Source of the DNA: Adineta vaga
Lineage: Eukaryota > Animalia > Rotifera
Length of the DNA stretch: 64,000 nt
Assembly: GCA_021613535.1 (NCBI GenBank)
Contig: CP075492.1
Span: 18,724,001 to 18,788,000, forward strand
Direction of reading: 5' to 3'
Made by a program: the position numbers and the translations under genes. This document shows positions 51,240 through 62,194 of the stretch, piece by piece; position 1 is the first letter of the stretch; each line of letters opens with the position of its first letter. The notes under the pieces are model-generated. The model was given only the letters and a program-made list of their open reading frames with translations. It had not been told where the DNA came from and made no database searches.

Positions 51240-51657
51240 TTTTCTATTCTTTGTTCAGATTCAACAATAAATTATTTTAATTTATGTTACTGGATTTTTA
51301 TTGTCGTTTCTGTAATAAGATAAATCAACAGTGAATTAATAAATAAAAAAGTCCAAAATACTGCATATTCCTATCGAAATTTTGGCGTCACCTTTGAGTA
51401 AAAGTTACCCATACTTTGCTCACTGAACACTTTTTCGCTGAAAAGCTTCTGGTATATTTTTTTCCTCTTGCGCCTTTCGCTCAATGATAAGAATGCTGTC
51501 AACAAAATACTTATTGAAGGAGTTGATTTATTTTATTTGTTAAGAAATTGTTTAACTAACTAATGTTATCAATAATGTGCGTGATTTGATGGTTACAGAA
51601 ACATGCATAAAATACCCGAAAGAGATAAAATGTTAGTTCTTTCTCGAAAAAAAACGA

Positions 51658-52374
51658 TTATGCTGGAACAATTGGATTAAGATCAAGCAGGACACATTGA
51701 GGTAACTCATCCAATCGTCGATTTTTTGTTAAATATTCGTTGTCTGTTACTACTCCATCATGTTGCACTGTTCGTCCATCTCCTTTAAATAATTCATTAA
51801 GACCAATTTGATGATGTAAAAAGGCTCGAACTTGACTTAATGTTGGTTTTTCTTTCAATGCGAAAAAACGTTCATCACTCAAGAAATGTTCAGAATCCTT
51901 TCCTAAATAATAATTCTTAAGGTTATTTCCGGTGGGATCGATTTGTTCGTATGTTAAACTTTTGAGCTCATCTTTATTGGTTTTCCAAATTGTTGAATCA
52001 ATTTCTGGATAAGCACGCACCATCAACTCCAAAATATTGTCCCATGTAGCTAATTTCACTTCTTCATTAGTTTTTTCTGCTGAGCCAAATGAAAAAACGA
52101 CTAATTTAAATTTTTTGCCACTATTAAGTTGATGATGAACCCATTCCATTGAATGTCCGGAACTAATCAATAATTCCAAATGAGACTTACCAAGAAAACT
52201 ACGAAGAGTATCGTGATCCACGATCCAGGAAAGACGTTTATTTGGATCTTCCGACAAACGAACAAAATCCGTCTCTTTTTTACCTCGAGTAATACGACCA
52301 CAGATGCCTGTTAAATCGCAAGATTCTGGCAATGATTTAGAACCAGATCGAAATGCTTTAACATATTCGTCCAT
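51658..52374 (-). CDS. Uncharacterised protein (238 aa), homolog of 59540-60825
   Basis: Intact ORF; shared motifs GR, GxxFxLxVF, WD, RxFL...LNxLFxGxG.T, EYL..NR. Confidence 0.75.
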   Translation of the reverse strand: MDEYVKAFRSGSKSLPESCDLTGICGRITRGKKETDFVRLSEDPNKRLSWIVDHDTLRSFLGKSHLELLISSGHSMEWVHHQLNSGKKFKLVVFSFGSAEKTNEEVKLATWDNILELMVRAYPEIDSTIWKTNKDELKSLTYEQIDPTGNNLKNYYLGKDSEHFLSDERFFALKEKPTLSQVRAFLHHQIGLNELFKGDGRTVQHDGVVTDNEYLTKNRRLDELPQCVLLDLNPIVPA

Positions 52375-53055
52375 AGTTATTATTTGATACTTTGTATTTA
52401 CGAATAATTTTTGAAAATACGTATGACATTTACTCTTCTCTTTATCTTATTTAGTTTTGCATCAGTGCTTCTGTATACTCTCTATCGATTTTTTCGTTGC
52501 TTCGAGTTTCATTTCTTTTTGTTCGTCTTGCAGAGCGGTGTCTTTTTTACTTTTTCTTTAGTTATTTTGTGCGTTCTGTCATATTAAGAATTCGTATTAT
52601 TCATCGATGAGTCTCAAGGACAATAATATTATTTCATGTATCACTCTACAGTGTTGTATACCTCAAGCATCATGCTTCTTCCCACTCTTAAAACACGAAC
52701 GGAAAAACTTAAAATCGAAGCAACGAGAAGAACGAGCATTTCGATGTGGTGGTAAATCATTACCAGAATTTTGCGATATAATAAATCAATCTAAAATTTC
52801 TCTTTTAGTTTATTCGTTAACTAGCGAAGGTACTCGCTGCAAAGAAAACGCAGTTCACCTTTCCATTTGCAGCAGTCCTTTTCTAGCCGTGCAAGAAATC
52901 TCTCCAACAGGATTTACCCGCCGCGCATTACACAACCCTCGCAGGTCGTTTCTCGTTGTGCATCAGGTAGCTTCAAGACTTGCCGCTGCGCATAAAACCT
53001 CTTCTACAGAAGTGCTTCGGTCGCGCATCAGACACCCCTGTCAGACTTTTCCGCC

Positions 53056-53120
53056 GTGGGTCAGCTAACATCCTTACTCTCACACTTAGGTGACATTTCA
53101 CTCAACCTCATCCCTCACTC
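53056..53120. repeat. Highly degenerate junction element candidate
   Basis: gtgggt...ctcacac...cactcaacctcatccctcactc. Confidence 0.35.
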
Positions 53121-53691
53121 TTGTTAGCAATGCTAACATTTCTTCATGTACCCCATCACCAAAAGGAGTGTTATGCAAAGTTTAGTGACGATAGCTATCG
53201 AAGTGCTCGTGTGCATCGACGAAAACTGCAGCCTTTCTCGGTCTAGGTGAAATGCATCCGCATGCTGGACTGTTAATCTCGTATCGACGTTTCGTGCGGA
53301 CAAGCGTCGGCAGGAGATCATCAGTATCGACCTTTCGAAGGTTTCTGTCGTTTTATGAAGAATTGGTGTGAACTGTGGTGTCTGATGACTAGGATGAAAT
53401 TTCACCCAGCCCCCCTCCCTACCCAGGATGAGGATAACGATCACTGTCGACCTTCCTTGGGACACAGGGAAGTCGTATGGGAAGTTTGATGACCGTAGGT
53501 ATTGCAGGGACTGAACGCACAGCGAACAGACAAACAAACTCTCTTCTTTATATATATAGATAGATAGAGTTTTATTGAGTTAGTACTAGCATAATAGAAA
53601 TTGAAAAAATCTTATTAATCGTTATTTCTTATATGATGAACATATATATATATATATATATTGTTTGTGAAGAACTATTGAAACGATCAGT

Positions 53692-54882
53692 TTATAATAC
53701 TTGTGTCTTCGACTCGTTCTTTGCTGCACTTTTCAGAATGGATAATGCTGGTTGAAACACTTCCAAATGCACCTGGGATTCTGGATGATTACATTCTAAT
53801 AGATATGTTCTAACTTTGTCGAGAAATGTGGGTGAACCACACATGTACACATGAGTATCTGGAGTAATTTTGCTTTTAAGAAGATCTTTTGTAACAGGAT
53901 TTTCCTTATCAAGTACAATGTAATGATCTTTGTCGAGAAGAGATTCCATTTCTTCAAGGAAAGCACCAACACCTTTTTTCGAAACCTGATAAATAAGAGT
54001 TACTGAATCTAGTCTGCCTTGATTTTTGAGGTCCTTAATCATCGCAGCAAGTGCGGTAATACCAATACCTCCGGCAATAAATAGATGACTCTTAGCACCA
54101 TTGACTAAAACAAATTCACCAGCTGGTAATGAAGCTAAGATTGTATCATGCTCCCGAAAATGATCAGCTATCTCGTTAGAAACGATACCGAATGGTTGGT
54201 CGTCATCTTTCTCTTGTTTACATGCCACGCTATAGGTTTTTCCATTGAATGGTTCTGTCAGACTGTAATGTCGATTGTGCAATTGTCCATCTTTTTGAAC
54301 ACGAAGAGTTAAATATTGTCCAGCAAGAAAAGGACACATTTTTTCTCCATCACATCGTTCCATTGTTAAAGCAGTAACTGATCCATTGCTGATCACTTCT
54401 TTTTTAACAATTGTCAATGGAATAAAATCTTTTTGTGCATCACTACCGAGATCGGCATACAACTGCTTTTCAACTTTTATAAATACTGAAGCAATAATAC
54501 CGTACGCAGTTGACCACGCTTCTAAAACTTCAGCTGTTGCTTTGTCGCCCAAAACTTCAGTAATAGCACTGAGTAAGAAATGACCGACAGTTTTGTAATG
54601 ATGTGGTTGAACCATGAGAGCGCGATGTTTATGACCGACGATTCGTATCCATGGCATAAGTGCATCTAAATTATCGATATTTTCTGCAGCTAAATATATT
54701 GTATTTGCCAATGCTAATGGTTGAGTACCGATTTTTAAATTTGTTTGATTAAACATATTTAATAAGTGTGGATGAGCTTTGAACATATCTCGATAAAATA
54801 TTGATGTAATCTCTTTTCCATTTTCTCGTAAAAGTGGTGCAGTAGATTTTATTATTTCTTTTTGTTTATCACTCAGAGGCAT
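53692..54882 (-). CDS. Flavohemoglobin (nitric oxide dioxygenase, Hmp/Yhb1 family; 396 aa)
   Basis: Globin (FY..MF..HP, Q..ALA, HKH..L.V...HY..VG) + FAD domain (GQY, RHYSL) + NAD domain (AGGIGIT, YMCG, EVF). Confidence 0.92.
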   Translation of the reverse strand: MPLSDKQKEIIKSTAPLLRENGKEITSIFYRDMFKAHPHLLNMFNQTNLKIGTQPLALANTIYLAAENIDNLDALMPWIRIVGHKHRALMVQPHHYKTVGHFLLSAITEVLGDKATAEVLEAWSTAYGIIASVFIKVEKQLYADLGSDAQKDFIPLTIVKKEVISNGSVTALTMERCDGEKMCPFLAGQYLTLRVQKDGQLHNRHYSLTEPFNGKTYSVACKQEKDDDQPFGIVSNEIADHFREHDTILASLPAGEFVLVNGAKSHLFIAGGIGITALAAMIKDLKNQGRLDSVTLIYQVSKKGVGAFLEEMESLLDKDHYIVLDKENPVTKDLLKSKITPDTHVYMCGSPTFLDKVRTYLLECNHPESQVHLEVFQPALSILKSAAKNESKTQVL

Positions 54883-56398
54883 TCTTCACAATCTATAATG
54901 ATACAAAAATATTTATATACACTTCTCTTACAAGTATCTGCTAACTTATAATATCAACGAAGATAGTATTACTTCGTTCTACGTTTCTTTTTTTTTATTT
55001 ACTTCTCTTTCTTCAATAGATACTTTTCTTCAAAGTAAAAAACAAGATTACCAGAAATATGCAATCAATCAAATCAAAGATTTACATTACGAAAATCTCT
55101 TTCGTGCTTTTTTTTCTCACCATTTCTTAGGAGTGTATCAGTCCTTCTAGGAGTAGAGACAACTGACTCTCCAAATGTTTTAAGTACATACCACTGACTT
55201 GTCTGTGACGATTTTTGATGGAAGAGATGTATGCACTGATGGAACTACGCGTTTATTTATTTCTTCCTCTAAAATCGCATCGTTCTGATACAAAACACGC
55301 GTTTATATACTCGTCCCTACAGAAGAGAACGCAAGAAAATATTCTATCAAAGTACATCAGAATGTACAGAAATAAGGATAATCCATTAGATGAGAAAAAC
55401 CGTATCACGCGTACAGCGCATGTCAGAGAGATTGTCACATTGTCCTATAAATACAAATACGAAAAACGACTAAACAACAATAATCAGATCTAGATCGCTC
55501 GTTAACTTAAAATTGTATCACACGATATTTTAAAAACTGAAGATCGATTGTTAATCATCAAGGTTATTTATTTGACGAGTAACAAATTTATATACATACT
55601 ATACTCACAAAAGATGCGATCACGTGTCTTTGCGTTTGTTAATGATAGTGAATACTATTTGATATTTGATAATGTACGATACAAATGAAGATGATTTATC
55701 AAACATTCGACATCATGGTCTCGATTTTCGTAGAAATAAAACTAAAATAAAAATGTAATATATATGAAATATTCATATGGTCGTGACTATAGGACGATGT
55801 AAACAACATTTTCATGATAATTGTCATTTTCAGGGTTACTTTTTTCATTTAAACAAACGTTTTATCAATAGTCAAAATTGTGAATTACTCAATCGATTTT
55901 TCACACAAGGTTATTTCGTGTATTTTGATGAAGAAAACAAAAAAACATGTTTTCATGTATGACGCTTGCTCTCAAAGTGCGTTTATGCAACGGATGAATG
56001 AATAATAATGATTCTTTTTCGCTTTCTACTGTATACCACACCAATATATTTGATACTTTCCAAACTGTATCAATGCGATGACTCATTATGCTGTTTATGT
56101 GCAGTAAATGAAGAAAAATGTTTTTATTCATTTAAACGATGATGCAAAAGTTTGTAAGAAACTTTCATAGCTTATACATGTATATGTATATAAAACGCAC
56201 AAACCCCATAGAAATATCATCTACTAAACTAATTTAATGAAGAACATTAGATCTACCAACATTCATCTAGTTCAATTCAATTAACGAAACGTTTTCCAAA
56301 TCATCAAGTAGATTTCTGTTAACCTCAGTTTCATAGTGTCTATAAGTTGGATTCAAATATTTTGTGGAACTCACATATTAAAATGTGAGTAGAAGCTT

Positions 56399-56426
56399 AT
56401 CTTGAGGCTTTTTGGGTCTTCCCACC
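56399..56426. repeat. Collapsed junction element J25
   Basis: atcttgaggctttttgggtcttcccacc. Confidence 0.5.
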
Positions 56427-56480
56427 TTCGTAGAAACAGTTGCTATGTTTCATTGATTATTACTAGTAGTTTAGGCACAA

Positions 56481-56536
56481 ATCTTGAGGGTGTGGGTCAT
56501 GCTATACTCTTAACCCAGACCGAGACCCACACCCTT
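56481..56536. repeat. Junction element J26
   Basis: atcttgagggtgtgggt-catgctatactctta-acccagaccgagacccacaccctt. Confidence 0.9.
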
Positions 56537-56881
56537 GTAAATGTATTTTTGGTTACATGGAAGAACACGTCAACGTCAATGCAAAAGTCTGAACCAGATA
56601 ATTATACGTTAAATTATTTGATGAAATGACGTAGGTAAAAGAAATATAAATTTTCGTACATTAATATTTATCATGCCTATACAACAAATGAAAAATTTTT
56701 AATTTTTCTGACATCATCTTAGAAGCAAAATGCCAATTTTCGTTTCGTTCTTTCTCTTATAGATAAGATAATGAAAACATATGACATGTAAGGGTGGAAA
56801 AAACCTGAAACAATATTTATAATAAGCGATTTTTCATCATTTACAAGGATATTTCGGTTAAATTATCAGTATTTTTTGTGA

Positions 56882-56947
56882 TGTGGGGTCGGGTGGGTGT
56901 CGATGGGGCTATACTCTTATTTCACACTCACACCCTCACCACGCCCT
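56882..56947. repeat. Junction element J27 (spacer shared with J26)
   Basis: tgtggggtcgggtgggtgtcgatggg-gctatactcttattt-cacactcacaccctcaccacgccct. Confidence 0.85.
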
Positions 56948-56948
56948 A

Positions 56949-59323
56949 TTACACTGTTGAACAACACTTCAAATTGGTTCTCACAAAGTCAGTTAAAAAT
57001 CTCAAATAACAGGGATTTTTCTGTTTCCGTATTTTCCATCGTTTTCTTTTTCCTATGTTGTGTGTCTCTTTTTGCAATATTTTCTTAAATTTTCGAATTT
57101 GATTTCTCACACTAATTCGTTCTGGATCTTTGTTGAATGGTGTTTTCTTGAGTATTTTCATGGCTCGAATCATATAGTACATAGATCGATTGTAGCATCC
57201 CATATTTAAATATATTGTTGCTAATATTCTTAATGATCCAACCATATTTCTATGCGTTGAACCTTGTGTATATTTTCTTAAACGATATGCCTTTAATGAG
57301 TATCTTAATCCTAGTAAATGTCTATTTAAATTACTGCAATTCTGAGCTAGATTATCATATATAGCAGCAAAATCTGGATGAGTGTATGGTAAACACTTCT
57401 TTTTCATTGCTAATGCGTGATGGAAATATTTGATGGCATGTTGATCAGCGCCAACGATAGACAATGCTATGCTAATATCGACTAATACCGAACTTTTTTC
57501 ATTTAACTCTGTTTCCGGTAATGTCTTACAGTACATATTGAATGCACGTATTGAATATTGAATTGATTCAATCGGATCGTTCATATCACCTAGAATTTGT
57601 CCTATTAACGATAAATAGTCAGCAATTTCGGGATGGTATTCAGGCAATGTTCGAGTACATAAATCTAATGCTTTTTGGAACTGATTTATTGCATCACTAT
57701 ATTTGTATTGTAAACGATAAGTATTACCAAGTGCAATAAATACTTGATGCTGCACGATATGATTTGAACTTCCACATTGTTCCTGTATTTTTTATGCTTG
57801 AGTATAAAATTCTATGGCTCGATTATAATCACCTTTTTGTTCTTAACATGTTCCAGTGCAGAGTAAAGCTCGACCTATTTCAACATGTGTATCGCCATAC
57901 ACTTGTTTAAATAAATAGAATGCACGTGTTATATATTCGAGAGCTCGATCATTATTATTTCTATCTGAACAAAAAATACCCATATGAATGAGAACACGAG
58001 CTTCATCGTCCAAACATCTTGATTCTCTTTCAGTTAGGACTTTATAAGCATTTTTATAATGTTTCCACTCATTGATCTTATCACCCTTCAATTCAAATGC
58101 TCTAGCCATATGTACATGAATCAACGCTATGTTTTCATCTTCAGGATTCGACATGAGCTTATTAAAATATGAAAGTGATGATTCATATTTTCCAATACTA
58201 TGTAACAAAATACTATACATCATCTTTGCACTCATATTTTCACTAAATTCCAAATGATCATCGATATATTTATGTACAAGTAATCGACCTTCGTCAGTCG
58301 CGATCATTTTCGAATACCATACACCATTATCATTTTGTTTTGGTACTGTCGCTAACTGAAATGTTACACCTATATCGAAAAGAACTTCATTTTCATCTTG
58401 AAAATTACTTTCTGATGCAATATCAGCAAAAATAACACGATCACCTAATTTCGTTACATCGCATTCGATTTCAAGTAAAACTGATAATTTATCCGATGTT
58501 GATGCTGGTTCTCCTGCATACATTTCAGCTACTTCACGAGTAAAACTCGTCGATAGATAACCATTCATTGATATTAACTGTTGTTTATTTTTCGTTAATT
58601 CATTAAATTCATTTTGAGTTAATCGAAGACCACGATAGACTGTTACTGGTTCATCAAATTCTTTGAAAATCTTATGTCTAATAGCAAGTGATGAATATAA
58701 ATCTTGAATAAAATATCGATATGTATACATTTGTTCGACATCTTCTGTTCGTAATGCCTTATTAATTAGACGATAGACAAATATATTTTTCGTATACCAT
58801 TTAATTGAATCTTTCGGTTCGTAAGTTCGTTCAAATTCATTAATACGTTCTAATTCTTGTCTATTATTTCGATAGTAATGTCGTGATGCATTAAGCATTT
58901 CTTGTTTAGTTTGTTCATCATGTGGTAATCGAATAAGAACATCTTTGAAAACATGAAACCAAAGAAAATCTGCAGATTTATCTGTTAAATTACGTAAATA
59001 ACGTTAATAATGACGATAGAAACTAAAGATTTGAAGTTGATCTTGAATGATTTTCATATATTTTTGTATAGCATTGATCATATCATTTTCATTAGAAAAA
59101 TGTCAGAGATTTTCTCTTTAAATTGATCATATCTGTTAATTCTACGCGAAAAGACAAAAACACCCTCAATCTGTCGAATATTTTCGATACGAGACAAAAT
59201 ATTATTCACATTCTTTCCAGTAGTAACGCATATAATTTTCTCTTTTTTAATTGTTTGTACACGAGTAATGCATTCATCAAGATTCGTATACATTAGTATA
59301 TAATCATTGATTTTTCGAAGCAT
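56949..59323 (-). pseudogene. ADP-ribosyltransferase + TPR protein, fragmented by stops/frameshifts
   Basis: WYTKNIFVYRLINKALR, VYRG, GYLSTS, ENEVLF, then kinesin-light-chain-like TPRs (HPEIA, HPDFA); three ORF pieces. Confidence 0.8.
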
Positions 59324-59356
59324 CTTAATTCATTTTATCGTCTTTTTGTTTAATTT

Positions 59357-59427
59357 TAGGGTGTGGGTGTGGGTGTGAGTGAAGAAGGTGTACCCACACC
59401 CACAGCCACACCCACACCCACACCCTA
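59357..59427. repeat. Junction element J28
   Basis: perfect 21-bp arms tagggtgtgggtgtgggtgtg / cacacccacacccacacccta. Confidence 0.95.
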
Positions 59428-59539
59428 GTTCACAAATGTAACTCTTGGAACTTGATCTCTGTTCAAAACTGAACTCTTGACTGAAACTAAATCATGCTTA
59501 TAAAATTAGCAAAAGAAACAATTGATCTTTCAATGTGTG

Positions 59540-60825
59540 TTAATCATCCGGTTTAACCCTTTCCAGCCGGATGTTGCCATTTGGCAACATTTTACCAATG
59601 TCAATATAAGTTTTATCTTAAAATGATGAGATATAGTTTTCTAAGTCGTTTGATAAATAACTATACGTATTTTAGTATCAATATATGCCTTTGAAAGAAA
59701 GGAACAGTCTACTGTTGGCGAGTGGGATGAATTCTCTGTAAACGTCCAAAAGAGCTCACGAATGGAAATGATCCCCTTATCATTTGGCCAAGCATTTCAT
59801 CCGAGAAGTGACTGGTGCTTAGTTTTCCTCTGTAACTCCATTATCTGTTAGATTTATAACATGAATTAATTAGCATGCTCGAATAACAAAATGTGAGCAT
59901 GTTGCCATTTGGCAACATATTGATATACGGCTCTGTTTCAGTTCTTTGAACTTGTGGATGGAATATGGTAACATCCATACAGAAAAGACAAAGAATATGC
60001 AGTATTAAGATTTCTTTCTTGTTCTCTTCTGGTAGCCGGCCGGAAAGGGTTAAGGTCATTCATATCGATAGGTAAGTCCAAGTATCGAAATCCGGAAAGA
60101 TCGCAAACGGGTCGATTGAATTGTAAATATTCTCTGACGTGTAATCGTCCATTTGAATCTTGTGTAAATCCACTACCATCAAATAAACCGTTCAGAGCTA
60201 ATCGATTATAAAGAAAACCACGACATTCTTCGAGTGTTCCTTCACAGTCCAGAAATCTTTCTTCTGTCATGTAGCGAGAATCAGTAACAATACCTTTGAC
60301 ACACATTTGGCTGACATCAAAGTAAGATTTGCCTCGAAGATACGATAACCGAGCTCGATCTTCAATCTCCTTGAAAGTAATTGATTTCAACGCATCTGCA
60401 TGTTGACAAACTTTAGTTGAAATAGACTTTGGACAGAACTTTTCTATCAGGGAGAAAATTCCATCCCATGCCGCGGGAAAAAATTGATCTGATCTATAAA
60501 AGACACCTAAACGAAAATGTCTGCCACCTTCTAATTTCTTTCGAATCCGTTCGTCTTCACTACCCAGTGAACGTAGTGCTTGAATATTCGATTTTTTGAG
60601 AAACAAATTCAAACCATCTCCTCCAATTACTCACGCAAACTTCTTATTGTTCTGCAAATACTTGGAAAATTCTTCACTGGAAACCTGCGATGCTCGTCCA
60701 GCTAACATATTCAATTCTTCTTCACTGATCGGATTCTCACCACTGTCCGACTGGTCTTTCGACTGCAAAGATGTTGAAAATCTTTCAATAATATCTTCAT
60801 CGTATAATGCATCTTGATTTGCCAT
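59540..60825 (-). pseudogene. Homolog of 51658-52374 with in-frame TGA (60631-60633) and a piggyBac insertion in its last codons
   Basis: KKFA*VIGGDGLNLF in frame; removing 59557-60049 plus one TTAA restores ...MNDLKPDD*. Confidence 0.8.
59557..60049. mobile_element. piggyBac-type non-autonomous element
   Basis: ttaa|ccctttccagccgg ... ccggccggaaaggg|ttaa; internal palindrome atgttgccatttggcaacat present twice. Confidence 0.9.
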
Positions 60826-61246
60826 TAGCTATTTCGCAATTTTTGAATAGCACACGCGCGCACCACTACTAAAACTTTTCTTTCTAGAATAAAAAATAAA
60901 TAAAACATCGAAGAGAACACCAAGAGAAACATCTGATGCACGTGTGTGACAACATAGTAGCTTATCTTCGAAGAATCGAAAGTGACATCTTCTAGGATTT
61001 ACAGTGGAGTGGTATGGTGCATGCACGTCAATCACAATGTTGAGCATCTGAAATGAACAAATGTATCATATTGAGTGATGTAATCTTTAACAGCGGAATG
61101 TTTCAGTACTCTGTTCAGCTAATCTAAACACGGACTTTGTCATACATTAACAACTTCATTAAGCGATGCATTTTTCGAAAGTATTTTGTAAAAGTTGACT
61201 TTCGTTGCTTTGTTAATCATCGAACTAGGTATTCTGGCAATTCATT

Positions 61247-61411
61247 AAGGTCAGTTCAGAGAGTGGTTAGATCAATCGGGAAGTCATCCTATTCCGTAAT
61301 GTTCAACATTCCGGAATCAGTTCCACACGAGGAATCAATTCCACCGATTCCATCTTCACCCAATTCGCGGAATTCCATGATGGAATTCAGTCGACCATTC
61401 CAACTGACCTG
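61247..61411. mobile_element. Possible degenerate MITE
   Basis: aggtcagtt ... aactgacct inverted ends; internal ggaat/attcc repeats. Confidence 0.4.
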
Positions 61412-61418
61412 ATCATCT

Positions 61419-61446
61419 ATCAGGGTGTGGGTGTGGGTGAGGGTGT
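61419..61446. repeat. Half junction element (G-rich arm only)
   Basis: atcagggtgtgggtgtgggtgagggtgt. Confidence 0.8.
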
Positions 61447-61974
61447 AAGTTAAAGATTAAATTATGAAGGAGATTCAATAAGAGTAATTATTTCATCTGT
61501 TCACGAATACAGAAGATACTTTAGTAGATATTTAATCCACAGTGACATGCTCAAGTAAGTGCGAAAGACTTATTTGAAAAGATCATAAAATCAAAGTAGG
61601 AATCGAACCTACATCTTCCGATAACCGGCCGTGCATGATGTTTGGTAAGATATCTGTATGATGTGACCGTTTCGTATCAGCTGTGAGGATGTTTATTTAT
61701 GTTTATTATGTGTTTCTAAATGCTTTCATATTTGTTTTTAAGTCTTTGTTGAATGCTTTTATCCGGTTAATTTATGTCGCCCTCGTGTGATGTGGGTTGA
61801 AATTGCAGTGCTCTTATTTGTGTGGAAGTGATGGAATGAAGTTATGCTTGTGTATGGAAAGGTACTCATAACAGTTGGTACTTGACGTGGTCCGAGCAGA
61901 GAGTAACAAGCGACAGAAGAAGCTGGGCCAGCCTGAACAGCAATGCAATATCGTTCGACACCCGCATCACGATG

Positions 61975-62110
61975 GTGTGCATCATCATTATCATCATCAC
62001 CATTACAAAAGAGTTATGAACTTCCTGATGGTCAGAGAATTACTATGAAAAATGAATGTTTTCGTTGTCCTGAAACTTTGTTTCAGCCAAGTCTTCTTAG
62101 AATGGAGAGT
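61975..62110 (+). pseudogene. Actin gene fragment ending in J29
   Basis: [41 protein letters not shown] matches the actin segment [39 protein letters not shown]. Confidence 0.85.
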
Positions 62111-62194
62111 GTGGGTGTGAGGGTGTGTTTATAACGGCGACTGGGTTCACTCACCCACACTCACACCAAGTCTTCACACCCAAACCGTCAAGAT
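62106..62194. repeat. Junction element J29
   Basis: gagtgtgggtgtgagggtgtg-tttataacggcgactgggtt-cactcacccacactcacacc...gtcaagat. Confidence 0.9.

Noticed and set aside
53370-53410. Hammerhead ribozyme-like ctgatga...gaaa (also near 13168)
   Set aside because: Stems I and III cannot be paired convincingly.
61596-61612. tRNA T-arm / B-box (gtaggttcgattcctac on the minus strand)
   Set aside because: No acceptor stem or D-arm found; at most a SINE remnant.
1317-62194. CRISPR array interpretation of the recurring palindrome
   Set aside because: Copies are degenerate, separated by 0.03-9 kb rather than ~30 bp, no cas genes are present and the host is eukaryotic; only a mechanistic analogy is kept.
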